Source: Lytechinus pictus (taxonomy: Eukaryota). Taken from it: a stretch of DNA of 64,000 nt. The notes beneath the pieces were generated by a model that was not told where the DNA came from, did no database searches, and worked only from the letters and a program-made list of their open reading frames with translations. This document shows, one piece after another, positions 37,454-50,900 of the stretch (position 1 is its first letter; each line of letters begins with the position of its first letter). The stretch spans positions 10,232,001-10,296,000 of the forward strand of contig NC_087263.1 of NCBI RefSeq assembly GCF_037042905.1. Direction: 5' to 3'. The position numbers were made by a program, and so were the translations under genes.

Positions 37454-38916
37454 AGGTTTTGCGTCCCAGAAGAAAACAGGAATTCCCGGTTAGCGCCATT
37501 TACATAGTAATCAATATTTCATTTACGTCATCATAACATCGAGAATGTTCTCTTTATATCAAATACATCATGAATTATAATATGAATAGCTCACACACAG
37601 ATGAGCAAAAAGAGTTTGAATATTCAATTTCAAAACCATATTGCACCGAAAAAAAATGGATGAAGATTCATTTAAAGAAACACAAATTTATACTGATATT
37701 TTTTACCCGGATAAATATATTCTAATAAAATAAATAAAATAGTGACTGATGAAAAGGATACATATTTCACCAATCGCATAATGCAAGAGTGCGGAGCGCG
37801 AGCTGATAATTTGTGATATTCCAACCTGAAAATTGGGTATTCTATGCATTTTTTAAACAGAATGAGTACTTTATAAACAATCTCTCTCTCTATATATATA
37901 TCTTGCTCACTCTTTCCCTCGGCCTAAACTTTGCTAGCAGTGTGTTTACGACAGACTTTATGCAATTAAAATTGAGTGCTATGATATTACATACAAATTG
38001 CAAAAAGGTGTAATCATTCACCCTTCAACTGCATTGCTGTCAGCTCCTTTTGAGGTAAATCTTTAGAGTGCATTTACAGGAATGGGTGCAGATCGAGTTG
38101 TACACTGAAATTTGCATTTGTACATGAAGATATATTCACCGGCCCCGTTTAAGGTACTAAGTTAGGGAGTACGTGCTGGCATATATTGGTGCAAATAGGA
38201 ACTTATACCGCTTTTAGTAACTAGTTGGTCCAGAGCAGAGCTCCGGGCCAAGTCGTAATATTTTGAGTTTATGAATGCCGCATGCCCGTACCAGACCGGT
38301 GCTATTTTGAAGCTGCTATTAACAGCACCAGGCGAGCGCCGTCCGTTACGTGCCCAAGTATTTGAATGGGATTAGAGTAGCGCCGCTCTGCTATGTAGTT
38401 ACTGAACGCTTGCGGCGAGGACTATTTTAGTGCTAGCCTGGTGAAGACCCCAAAAATCATGAGCTCCTGAAAACTTTAAAAGGACCATTTTCGTTCCCTT
38501 TTTCTGCTAAGTTTTCAAAATCTCACACAAAAGGGTTCTACCTGCAGTGGTGCAATTTTGAACCCTTCTTATGAAAGTATGTGACTGAGTGTAAAAACCT
38601 ACTTCAAAAGGACCTCATCAATACTAGTTTCTCTTTGATTAAAGGTTAAAATCCGAGTAGGGTTTGCTACAACAAAGTAGGAATAAGCTATTTTCTCGAC
38701 TACAACACTAGATTACGGAGAGATTAGAGAATATCTTGATTATACCTCGGAATATTAAAGTTTATATTTTATCTCTGTCGTACAAAATCATACTCGTTCT
38801 ACTGAAAGGTATAGAACTGCAATGTTGGAGATAGATTTGAGCAGTAACCTATTATGCCCCGCCCAATCTAGAATAAAGTGACGTCATGAATCACCGGCCA
38901 ATTAGTGAAGCCGAGT

Positions 38917-39054
38917 CTAGACTCCAGAATCGCAGTTGGATCCTTCTTTCGTGGCGTTGTCATCATTTTCCACGCTCTTTTCGATCTCTGTCTCAGCGTT
39001 TCCAGCTGAGAGATCCCCGTTTTCCTTGCCTTCCTCGATCTCCAATTCAGCCTC
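38917..39054 (-). CDS. SLC1A2: SLC1A transporter last exon (acidic C-tail ending DSGV)
   Basis: ttttag| acceptor, phase 0: EAELEIEEGKENGDLSAGNAETEIEKSVENDDNATKEGSNCDSGV-stop (TAG). Confidence 0.7.
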   Translation of the reverse strand, partial: EAELEIEEGKENGDLSAGNAETEIEKSVENDDNATKEGSNCDSGV

Positions 39055-39659
39055 CTAAAAATGAGAAAATAATATCGTGTGGTCGATCGTACTGGAGAAT
39101 GCATATGGCAAATAGAAACTTAACCTTGTGCAGTTATGGTCAATCGCAGGGTCGAACGTTAGGGTATGTGTTTTTTCCAAAGCTTTTTTGTAAGACTAGC
39201 CAAACGTGTTTAGGGTATTTATTCCCCAAACTTTTTCCCCGGGTTCATATTCTGGCGACAACTTGTTTAGGGGCCAAAATGTGTAAACAAAGCCCGCGAA
39301 AAAAAACTTGTTTAGGGGGTTATTTTGCACACAAAGGAAAACGCGTTTAGGGGGTGTTTAGAAATAAATTGGCCACGCGTGTGACAACAATACATTTGAC
39401 TGTCCCCCGAGCGACAAATCGGCATTGTCCATGAATATGTGGTCAATAAACATGATGAATAGTGACTGACTTTTCATAATCACAATCTTAAATTTGTCAC
39501 ATCTTATTACGGCGGTATATCAACGTTATCATAAAACCACTATCGATTATTCATTTTTTCCAATATATATATATATATTTGTTTATTTTTTTAAAACAAA
39601 ACCACCCATTGGTATTCATAATATATATATCATGTTCATTTCTTTGATATACGATAAAC

Positions 39660-39771
39660 AGCAATGTGTTTAAAATGCCTTGCTCAAGGGCATGAATGCC
39701 GTGCCGGGACTCGAACCCCCGATCCTCGGATATCCAAGTGGCCTTAGACCACTCGGCCACGGCACCTCCGC
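39660..39771 (-). mobile_element. tRNA-derived SINE 5' part
   Basis: Minus strand GTGGCCGAGTGGTCTAAGG ... GGTTCGAGTCCCGG, then GCCCTTGAGCAAGGCATTT. Confidence 0.7.
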
Positions 39772-39896
39772 AATATAATGTTTTCGTTAATATCTAAATA
39801 TCGTCCAGCACTAAGAGAGCAGAATTTTCACTATCAACATCGGTTCAATTCACACCACGCAGCTTAGTTTGGAAATATCATATAGAAAATACCAAC

Positions 39897-39996
39897 CCCT
39901 TTGTCAGATGCTTCTAGCTCATGTTTAGAGAGATGATAGACTATACCAGCTCCGTAAGAATCTCCAACTACGTTGATAGAGGTACGGCAACGATCC
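39897..39996 (-). CDS. SLC1A2: SLC1A transporter exon 9 (TM8)
   Basis: [33 protein letters not shown] closely resembles EAAT2 TM8; ttacag| acceptor, GGG|gttggt donor. Confidence 0.9.
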
Positions 39997-40724
39997 CTGT
40001 AATTAAACGAGGGGAAATAATTAGTGACATACCTGGGAAATATCGAGGGGAAATTATTAGTGACGTACCTGAAAAATCTCGTCGGGATGTGCAAAAAAAA
40101 GTTTGACAACTATATATGAGGTCAAAGGTCGTTGCCATTTCTGGAAAAACACTTTATCTTGATATATTTTCTGACAACTATAAAGAGAAAAATAAAGTTC
40201 AAAGGTCGTCGCTTTTCCCGAAAGCACTATCTCACCATTTTTTTACTACTAACAAACAAATGTGAAAGGTCACCACCATTTCAGAGCCGACCGTCAAAAG
40301 ATATTGACGACCAGAGAAAATCAGGATCGCTGAAAAAAAACATGGAAGAAGTATATAACACAACGAAGAAAAACACGCAATTAAGGAGTATAAGAAGAAA
40401 GAGATGAGCATGAACACAACAATTTTAATTCTTGAACAAAGGGATATTTTGACAGAAAGCAAAAAGCGAGAAAATAAGCAGTTAACGTTGTTAAAAGGAG
40501 CGAAAGAACAAGGAGAAGAAAAGAAAGAAGAAGAAAAAGAAGAAGAAAGAGAAAGAAAATTAGATGAGAAGAAGAAGAGGAGGAAGATCGAGGAGGAAGG
40601 TAAAAAAGAAGAAAAAGGAGAGGAAAAGCACGAATAACAACAACACAACAACAAGAAGACGAATATTAAGAAGCCGGGAAAGCAGAAGAACAGAGTATAA
40701 AAAGGTCAAAATTTTAGCGCTTAC

Positions 40725-40859
40725 AGAAACCAGTCGACAGCCATTAGAAGGCCAACGTCTTCTATCGGGAAATTAACGGCAGTCAACACGAGTACCAGGG
40801 TCACTATGCCTGCACTTGGTATACTAGCGGCGCCAATGCTACCGAGGGTAGCTGTAAGA
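40725..40859 (-). CDS. SLC1A2: SLC1A transporter exon 8 (HP2)
   Basis: Manual translation [44 protein letters not shown]; gcag| acceptor, |gtaagc donor. Confidence 0.93.
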
Positions 40860-41359
40860 CTGCACGAACAAAAGAAGACAATGAGAAAAAATAAGGAAAC
40901 ACAAAAATATGGCTAAAGTAATTCACAGTTCCCTTTGATTACAGTCTTTTCATCAGCACTCCTGCTGTCTACAAGAGACATAAATTTATGCACGACAAGC
41001 TCTTTCGCTAACATGACTAATCCCTTAAGAATAAAAAGATAGTTAAACCAGACGAGGACATTTCTAGATAAATACTATTATGTTTTTAGTGATCTTTATT
41101 CACACTTTAAGGCAAATATTTGTTGTGTGTGAAATATTGAATCGTGAGACAGAAAAGCCAAGCTATAGATCTGAGCAATTTTATTCGATTTGATTTCATT
41201 ATTTCACGTTCCACAAAAACACATCTTGAGTAAATTAAAACATAATGACAACAAAACTACATTTAAATATTTTAACCTGGTCACCTATGTGAGGCAGGAC
41301 ACACAAACTATAAGTATTAGTTGTGACAATGAAAAGAAGAACAAAGACTCGTGTCCTAC

Positions 41360-41554
41360 CTTATAGTGAGGATTTTAGAAAAAGGCATAGCAAAGCCATT
41401 CATTTGCCCGATGAAGATGGTGGCAACCGCTTCGTAGAGGGCGGTGCCGTCCATATTCACAGTAGCACCAATGGGCAGAACGAATCGTGTTACTCGCTTG
41501 TCCACTTTCAGGTTATCCTCAAGGCAACGAAAAGTTACGGGAAGTGTCGCAGAA
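41360..41554 (-). CDS. SLC1A2: SLC1A transporter exon 7 (HP1-TM7, NMDGT motif)
   Basis: [13 protein letters not shown]...[26 protein letters not shown]; canonical splice sites. Confidence 0.95.
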
Positions 41555-42385
41555 CTGAGAAAGAACAAGAAAAAGAGAGGGTTGAAATGACAGAGGGGCG
41601 GTGACAGGGATAGGAATAGAGTAAGACAGTGCCATTGTGTATTCAATCGGCGAAAGCAAAATGATAATATCGTAGAAGTGACTTTACATTTTCTTCCTCA
41701 AACAAAAGCACGTAGGATGTTGTTAGTAGTTGCAAGACTCGGTCAACCCCTTTTCATAATTTCTTCCAGACAGTCAAATAATCCTCGGCCTTAATTCAAA
41801 AACATAAAATTCGTGCCCTATAATCATTGAAAATTATAATGACATTTTTTAAATTAAACTGAACCGAACCATCGGCCAATGATGTTGACGACTCCGTCGC
41901 CGCTTCGAGCCGTTGGGCAGGCGTTGCCGATGTATCGCTTCTGCTATGCAGCTGAAGCCAAAAACCCAACAAAAACTACTTAGTGTCCTATAGACCGACA
42001 AGTCTGAACTTGGTCAGATGCTTTTACTAAGATGATCGCTGTCTATATATACAGCGCGCAGCAATGATATCGAGGTTGATTCGTCAAATTTCGCAAAAAT
42101 GTTACAACAATGCTCTAAACTTTCAGGATTTAAAATCAATCCAGATGGTATTATGTAAATAGAGACCAGCAAATATCACATTTAGATTTCAACCTTGTGG
42201 ATTTGAATCCTAAGCTTATTTTTAATCGAAATATTTGAGAGTTAAAAGTTAACCCTTACAGGGTCAAATTTAAATCCATTGCTCGGCCGGTCACAATTCA
42301 CAGCCTTATCAATTCTATTTGGCCTACAGAGGGTAGCTCGAGCTACCAAATCGAACTTAAATTATACCAACCAGAGGTAACTCAC

Positions 42386-42616
42386 CTAGACGCAGTAGCG
42401 AAAGCTGTGAGCCACGCTTGAAGAATGCCTTCGAAGAATCGGAGAGGGTTTGTCCTGGTAGTGACGTAGAAGATGGTCATGAGGATAGCAAGATGGACAA
42501 GAAGGCCGAGCACTACAGTTAACATGTATAAGCCGAGAGTGGGTAAAACGTCTGAGAGGTCCTTCATCGAAAGAATCTTAGCGCAGATAAGACTCATGAT
42601 ACCCACCGGTGAGTAC
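42386..42616 (-). CDS. SLC1A2: SLC1A transporter exon 6
   Basis: YSPVGIMSLICAKIL...LGLYMLTVVLGL...NPLRFFEGILQAWLTAFATAS; AG|gtgagt donor. Confidence 0.95.
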
Positions 42617-43698
42617 CTGGGGGATACAAATTTGGGATTTACCAGTGAATCTAGAGGATGCACACTACTATAGGTTCCGGTCATATCGGGGAGTTCCCCT
42701 GACCAGTACCTAAAATGACGTCATTCATAGAAATAAATCCATATAAAATCAATGATGCATCTCTGAGAACTTTTTATCACATGAATATGAATTGGGACTG
42801 TTACTGCACCAGATAAGTCCAGTTAAGTAGTATAATTTGATCCTTTTAGCATTTTATGGGCACTTTATTAGTTGCCCAAGAATACATATCATCACTGTTG
42901 CTGCATGTTGTCGTTGTTTTCTTGAGTTTTAAGGCGCTTACCATTCGGATATGAATATTTACGCAGCTAAGTTTCAGAGTAGTCTTGGTTTCAGGCCCCC
43001 TACCGAGAGAAAGAGCTGAAAAAAATATCATCATATTCTCAGAAAACCATTTGAAAAACTCTTAACACTTATGTTTAGTGATTTTAATGAATTTTCATTT
43101 TTAACACATGAGCCTATGGAAAAGTGTGAAAGTGTTGACGCCCTCTATTCAATTGATGATGATTCGTGTAGTGGTGGGATTATTTTGCATGGGTGTCTTG
43201 GATTATATTCAAGATGAGTGTATGGGAACACAAACAGGTGTCCCCACTTGGATGATTAATGATAAGCCAGCCATGGCGTAATTTCCTTCAGCAAGAAATC
43301 CATCCACATTGTGCTGCACTCAACCCAGGTGAGGTGAATGGGTACCCGGCAGGATTAATTCCTTGAATGCATGAGCGCTGAAAGTCAACTCGAGCTAAAG
43401 TCGGGGTAATAATGATAATAGTAACATCGCGCCTCGGAATAGAATATTTCTAGATAGATGGCGCTATATAAATCCTTATTATTATTATTATTAAGTGAGT
43501 CCCCGATTGTCAAATTACAAGAATTTGAGTGTGTAGGTGAGTGTGTGTGGAGGTGTGTGACGATGTGAGAGGGTGCGTTGTGTGTGTGGGGGGGGGGGGC
43601 CGGGTTCAACAAAAGACTTGCCACTTAAAGAAGGTTTTACGGACATGCATGTGTGTACGTGGGTATATGTTTGAGTTTGTGTGTGAGGGTGCGTGTGG

Positions 43699-43740
<42 letters not shown>

Positions 43741-43762
43741 ACAGAATTGATCATTTACATAC

Positions 43763-43889
43763 CACATAACAATGTTGACAAGTTGCATGGTGAGCTCGGA
43801 CAATATTTCGAAGAAATCCACCATAACCCGACCTTTCTCTCCCATTCTACTCAAGAGAATACCGAAAGGGATGCTAAAAACCAGGAGAC
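43763..43889 (-). CDS. SLC1A2: SLC1A transporter exon 5
   Basis: GLLVFSIPFGILLSRMGEKGRVMVDFFEILSELTMQLVNIVMW; tttcag| acceptor, TG|gtatgt donor. Confidence 0.93.
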
Positions 43890-44610
43890 CTGAAAAGAAA
43901 AAGGAGTATGATGATGCATCTTAAGGCAACTGCACGAATACCTCACGACTAAGCTACGATCAGCTTTTGGAACAAATCGAATTTTGAGCATTTTGTGGGG
44001 AAAAAAATAATGAACTGAATCTAATCTGTTACTCATGGTTCAAAATAACTGACCAAACACTGATAGAAAACCCCACGATTTTATAGAACAAAAATAACAG
44101 AATCATTCTGTAAATTATTATAACGGGGAAATTTCTGCAATTTAACAAAACACTCAGGTCTAATTTGAAAAAAAAAGGAAGAATTTTGTAAGGTTTCATG
44201 CACCAGCTACCGATATTCTACATTCTTTTTACACAACGGATGTAAGATTACATTTGTTCTCAAGACTCTGATGCAGGAGACTTTTTAACACTTAGTACTA
44301 ACATGACTAATGTAACATCTTATTGCAAATTGTAAGCCGTTATTTTGGAATAAAGGCCATATTAGTTTAAATCGTAGCCGATGGTCCGATTGTATTACAT
44401 CATCACGATTAGATATCGAATTCGTTTTATTCTTGTAAGGAAGGTAGTATAGTAACAGATTTGAAAATAGCCTATATTCGTATGATGACTTATACTGATA
44501 CAGTATGTTTTCATAACTTATCTGAATATTCGCATCAAATGTTACATTTTGTTCCAAGATCGGGTCGTAGACAAATCGTAAGGTACGCAGTGTTTTGCTC
44601 AGCGATGAAG

Positions 44611-46197
44611 TGCCCATCCTGTATATTATATATATATATAATTTCCCGGAATATAAAATGAGGAGTGCCCCCCCCCCCCAAAAAAAAAAAAAAGACCCAA
44701 AACGTTAAAAATCTTCATTGGGTAAACTCAAAATCAGGTCGTTGTACTGGATTTACTCAAAATTTACTTTTGCGGACATGCTTCGTTCTTACATTCGCAT
44801 TCTCATTATACGTCAATAATTCGATGCCCATAATTGAAACTGATCCAAAATAGACATATATTTCCATCTAGTTTTACACTTTGATTACTTTGAACAAGAT
44901 CCAAGTTCTCCATACCAAAATATTGTCTTCCTTCCTACTCGTCAGATTACGGAGTGTTGATTGCTTTAAACATGTTAAAGGGACGTTCGATGAATTTGTT
45001 CATGTAATAGCAGATAACTACCCTCCGGACTACTTCTCACCGGACAACCACCCCCAGGACAACATGCTCCCTAGGACAACTACTCCCAGGACAGCAAGCT
45101 CCCTAAGACAACTACTCCAAGGACAACCACCCCTAGGACAACTACCCCTCAGGACAAATATTCTCCAGGATAGCTACCCCCGGGACAACCACTCCTAAGG
45201 ACAACTACCCCCTAGGACGATCAACCCCCCCCCCCTAGGAAAACGACCCTCAGTACAATTACCGCTATGAAAAATATCCCTGGTAAACTCCACCTCCCAG
45301 GTCAATAATTATCATTTTGTTCGATTTTCTTAAACTTTCATTGATTTTTTCTTCATTTGTTTATAAAACCCAACTTCTCAGTAAATATTCAAATAAGGTA
45401 TGATCAGGGTTTTTTTTTGTAATTATAATTGATATATATATTTATATATATTGTCATTGTGTTATAATTTGTATTTTCCCCTTTTATGTTCAATGTTTAT
45501 ATCTGGTATTCAGTATTTATTGCATCATGCCCATCCTCCATATTATATATATATATATATATATAATTTCCCGGAATATAAAATGAGGAGTGCCCCCCCC
45601 CCCCAAAAAAAAAAAGACCCAAAACATTAAAAATCTTCATTGGGTAAACTCAAAATCAGGTCGTTGTACTGGATTTACTCAAAATATACTTTTGCGGACT
45701 TGCTTCGTTCTTACATTCGCATTCTCATTATACGTCAATATGATTCGATGCCCATAATTGAAACTGATCCAAAATAGACATATATTTCCATTTAGTTTTA
45801 CACTTTGGTTACTTTGAACAAGATCCAAGTTTTCCATACCAAAATATTGTCTTCCTTCCTACTCGTCAGATTACGGAGTGTTGATTGCTTTGAAGGGACG
45901 TTCGATGAATTTGTTCATGTAATAGCAGATAACTACCCTCCGGACGACTTCTCACCGGACAACCACCCCCAGGACAACAAGCTCCCTAGGACAACTAATC
46001 CCAGGACAACCACCCCTAGGACAACTACCCCTCAGGACAAATATTCTCCAGGACAGCTACCCCCGGGACAACAACTCCTAGGGACAACTACCCCCTAGGA
46101 CGATCAACCCCCCCCCCTAGGAAAACGACCCTCAGTACAATTACCGCTATGAAAAATATCCCTGGTCAACTCCACCTCCCAGGTCAATAATTATCAT
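44611..46197. repeat. Local duplication X-Y'-X' containing a GGACAACTACCCC-type ~15-bp minisatellite
   Basis: 44611-45315 is near-identical to 45528-46197. The spacer 45314-45529 is near-identical to 47843-48059. Confidence 0.9.
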
Positions 46198-46827
46198 CAG
46201 GGGTAATTACACCTACCCAAATAACTGTCCCTGAGGACATATAACCACTCCCTATCTCTATATACCTCTACCCGTGTGAACAGTTACCCCAACTACCCCG
46301 TCCCGCACGATTAACCCCCCTCCCCCCAAAAAAGTTGTATTAAGCTACTATCACCATTTATTGGTGTTATCATTATTATTTCTATTACTCGATGGAATCA
46401 TTTTTACTATTACTGTTGTTATAATGATGATAATTAGCATTATTGATATTTTGTTCCTATCATTATTATTAAAATTGTTATTGTTGATGGTGTTGTTACA
46501 TCATCATCATCAATATTATTATTATCATTATAATTATTATTATTAGTAGTAGTAGTTATAGTTGTAGTAGTAGTAGTAGTAGTAGTATAGTAGTGGTAGT
46601 AGTATTAGTATCATCAACATCATCATCATCACCATCGTTATTGTATTATGATTATTATCATATCTTACTACCATCATTAGTATTATCGTCATCGTCATTA
46701 TCACAATTTATAATCGCCATTATGATCATCATCATTATCATTACCGTCGTCACTATAGCATTGCTGTTGCTAGAACTATTAAGCCTCGTGTGATGAAAAA
46801 CAATTAATTGAATCACAAATGTCATAC

Positions 46828-47002
46828 CGAGCACATTCATGCCATCTTTGAAGCTTTTGGCGATAGTTGTCTCGGTTCCATTTTTGACTAAATAACACAT
46901 TCCCGTCTCGGATGCATTTTTCAAATCACAATTGGCATCATGGTTAATGGTTTCATTAGGTTCGAGGACCATCTTGTCCTTGGTCCCATATACAGTCATC
47001 GC
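46828..47002 (-). CDS. SLC1A2: SLC1A transporter exon 4 (TM3-4 extracellular loop)
   Basis: AMTVYGTK...NET...NAS...NGT...DGMNVLG; the conserved GMNVLG motif precedes TM4; 175 nt, phase 0-1. Confidence 0.9.
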
Positions 47003-49595
47003 CTGTAGGTTCAAGAAGATCAGACATATAAACGGTTTTTGCATAGATAGAAGGACATTTCGGGACCCTATACTTTTATATATTATTTTTTATTCTTTAA
47101 TCTTTGCCTATCATTCAAATTATGGAATGGCTTACCATAATGTAATCAGATCCTCTCCATCTGTAGAAACGTTCAAACTTAGACTAAAGACCTATCTTTT
47201 CCATTAATTTCCATACATTTTTTCTGTCCTTTTTTAAACTTAATGTTGATTTTCAAGCAATGCAGGAGCTCTTACAGCGCATAATAGTATATGCACTTAG
47301 TTTCTTCGCTATACAAACCGGTATATTATTATTATTATCATTATCATTATTATTATTATTGTTATTATTGTTGTTATTATTATTATTATTAATGTTATTA
47401 TCATTATTATCATTATTCAACTTGTATTATATTTCTGCCATCGGATCAATGGCCCTAAAGAGATTGAAAACCTTCAATGATCAGGTTACCTTTTATGAAA
47501 CCAGAAGAAACAAATCAAATAATCGACCGACAAAAACTTGAGAAAAATAATTGGACAAAGATTTAGAAAGTTCTTAGTATTTGGATGTCTAAATCACTAC
47601 TGCTACAGAGATCCTCCCATTGGCAATGCGACCAAGATTTGTGATGTCAAAGCATAATAACTCTCTCTATTGCTCACTGAAAATATACCCTTAAACATGT
47701 ATTTTTGCTCATTCTTGTGATAGCACGAAATCTTTGTCCATAATACACTTTATAGAACTCATGTTGGTTGCATCGCCAATGGGAGGATGTCTACGTCATT
47801 AGTAATGCCAAACTTCAAATACTCTTAACTTTCTTATTCAGTATTTTGTTCGATTTTCTCAAACTTTCATTGATGTTTTCTTCATTTGTTTATAAAACCC
47901 AACTTCTCAGTAAATATTCAAATAAGGTATGATCAGGTTTTTTTTTGTAATTATAGTTGATATATATATATTTATATATATTGTCATTGTGTTATAATTG
48001 GTATTTTCCCCTTTTATGTTCAATGTTTATATCTGGTATTCAGTATTTATTGCATCATGTATTTTACAATATCATATATATATTCAGTTTCCAGATTTTG
48101 TAAAGGTGGCAGCGCTAATAAGGCTTTCCCTTTCTAGTTGCCTCCTCATTCATTTATAAATCATGTACACTCTCTTTTTTTTATTCAACTGTTTCCCAGA
48201 TTTTATCATTGTAATATTTGCAATTTTCCCATGTAATTTATGTAAACTTTGTATGTGCCTTGTATTTGTTTTTATGATGAATGGAATATATGCTAACAAA
48301 AAAAAAAAAAAAAAAGCTAACTTGTTCTTCTGGGGAGCCTTTCACCAACATTTTTGTCAGACATCTTTCCTCGATTTTGATTGGCTGAGAACCACTGTTA
48401 CATACTTAAAATATTGGGCAACATACTGTCCACTGTGTTGGGTAATGTATGTTGGTAAAAGAAATATTTATATTCTGGGCAATTACTTTCCAATTGAGCA
48501 AAATTATTACCCAATTATTAGTTTTCCTTACCCAATTTGGGCAGAGTTTAACCAATAGTTGTGTGGACAGTAATGTCGCCCAGGGTGGGTTAAAAGTTAG
48601 GCATTTTTTGCCCAACTAATTTAAGAGTGTAAACTGTCGGATAAAATGGGACTTGTCAGGTAAAACTTTGAAGTCTTTTCATGAAACGTTCCTTGTATTT
48701 AATTTCCTTTTCTCTTAATGCACGCGGACTTTGATGGTTTTAATAGGCCTATACAAGTCCAGAAAACCGATATGGGTCATAATATTTCATCATGGACTGC
48801 TAATAACATGAATAAGGTCTAGTAGCTAGAAAAGGCATCTTGAAGATGCTTCGAAAAGGGTCCCATTTGAGGTACCAGGGTATTGTCAACGTCTTGTGGA
48901 AAAGGAAAATTTGGATAGGCTATTAAATTACTTCTAAACCTTGAGAATGAGTTAGCTCATGCAATTATCCCCAGTTTTTTATCTCCCTTTTTTTTTTTTT
49001 TTGGGGGGGGGCACATGACATAATGCAAACTCTGCTTTTCAGTGGATCTCACCATTACAACAAAAAATGACAAAATATTGTGTATTACAATTTTTGGTCA
49101 ATGAAGCACATTTATATATCCTGTACGATTTGTTTGTTGTCATTTATACTATTTCAACATGTTCAATGGATGTATGACATGTTTTTACAAGTTTCTTTAT
49201 CTGCTTGTACAGACCTTGGATTTGGACATTTCATGGCAAGGCCTATTTCACACAAGGCATATGGGAATTTTATGTTATTCTTTATTAGAAATGTACAAAG
49301 GTCAATGAGGGGGAGATCAATTAGGCTAGCCTAAAAGGCGCCCACGGCCGCTGCCCATGATGGATTTGGATAAGTGATGACGCAGTGGTAGATAGTCTGC
49401 CTCAACGGGGGGGGGGGGGGGGGGGGATCATGGCCATGGGTTCAATCCATGGCCGAGTCAAACCTAAGAAAAATATCAGACTTTCTACCTTCTTGTCAAG
49501 CACTCGACGTATGAAAATAAGAGGGCCGCTGACTTGGATCGATAACAATTAAAAGTGGCCAAATAAGAATTATAATTAATCATTAAAGACCATAC

Positions 49596-49638
49596 CTGTT
49601 GGAAACATGCTTGCACCAGATTAGAAGGGAACAGATTC
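49596..49638 (-). CDS. SLC1A2: SLC1A transporter exon 3
   Basis: RNLFPSNLVQACFQQ, a conserved SLC1 motif; 43 nt; gacag| acceptor, CAG|gtatgg donor. Confidence 0.93.
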
Positions 49639-50692
49639 CTGTCGGAAAGGAAAGAGAAAGAAAGAGAGAGGGGGAGAGAGAAATGTAATTGAGAATGGAG
49701 GAAGTTAATTCCTTATCAATCATAAGTTATTATTAGCGCATGATACAAGGAACGATTATGAGAATAAACATTAATGAAAGCTACAGATACTGCTTTGACT
49801 TTGAAAGCATGCGCGGTGATTTCATGAGATATTTGGTGGTGTATGACCCACTCCGATATAGGCTGCTATAAAAAATTGAAAATTCGAGGGGGCGAGTCTC
49901 CGTCCCCTCTCCTTGATCGCCGCTTATGGGAAGGGGGAGGGGGCGAACATCCCATAGCCTTTTTATTAGCCATCTATTCTCTTTTCTTCATGTTTCTTAT
50001 TTCCTCTTTTTTCTTTACTAATTGAAAAATCATGCAAGAGCGTTCGTCGATCCCCATCCCGCCACTCCCCCGTAGAGCCTACCCTCGCCATAGACCTTAT
50101 TTTATGCACTGGCGACATTGCAACGCCGTTACTGCCATCTTGAGGCCACCCCACACCTCATGAATGGTCCACGATCAGATTCTGGAACAAATAGCAACAT
50201 TGCTCAGAAAATGTGAATGAAAAGTATGTTTTTATTTGAGGTTCAGATTTGCTGAAAGAAAACTAATATAACAATTTTGGATGATGTACGCCAATAATAA
50301 TTCAGAGTAAAGGCAAAATTAGTTTCAAATCGCAGCCAATCGTACGCTGATATGACGTCATTACGGCTAGATATTGAATTCGTTTTTATTCTAACAGGGA
50401 TGATAACATATTCACATCTTTTAACATAGGCCTATAGGTGTTCGTAGGAGGATTTAGAAGTACATTACACCGTTGTTCCAATACCGGGTCGCAGACCAAT
50501 CGTAACGTGTGCAGTGGCTTTTCGAAGTTGAAACCATTGCCTTGCATGCGTTGGTAATATGCAGCTGGCGTACCAGTGACAACTCCGTTTGTGCGTATTC
50601 CTATATCCTCTGAGGGAGGGCGCCATAAGATCATGACATCATGTACATAAGGTCTATGATTCCTTCCAGAGAGAGATAGAAGATCGACTTAC

Positions 50693-50900
50693 CTCAATAT
50701 ATCAATGAGCGATTCAAGGGCATCGGTATTGTCTTTTCTCTCATCATAATCGACCTTGTGTTCTCTGCCCGTCCTACCAGGACGAATAGCGAGGACGACA
50801 ATGATTCCGACGATGACTGCGACGCACGATGTCGTGAAGTAATAGACAAGAGCCCTCGCTCCCAGCTTGCCACATGACTTGGTATCAAGGCTCGTCAAAC
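50693..50900 (-). CDS. SLC1A2: SLC1A transporter exon 2 (TM3)
   Basis: GLTSLDTKSCGKLGARALVYYFTTS...VLAIRPG...ESLIDILR; AG|gtaagt donor. Confidence 0.95.

Noticed and set aside
44881..46098. Two paralogous ~100-aa ORFs
   Set aside because: They are products of the local intronic duplication and a 15-bp minisatellite, and their frames diverge between copies.
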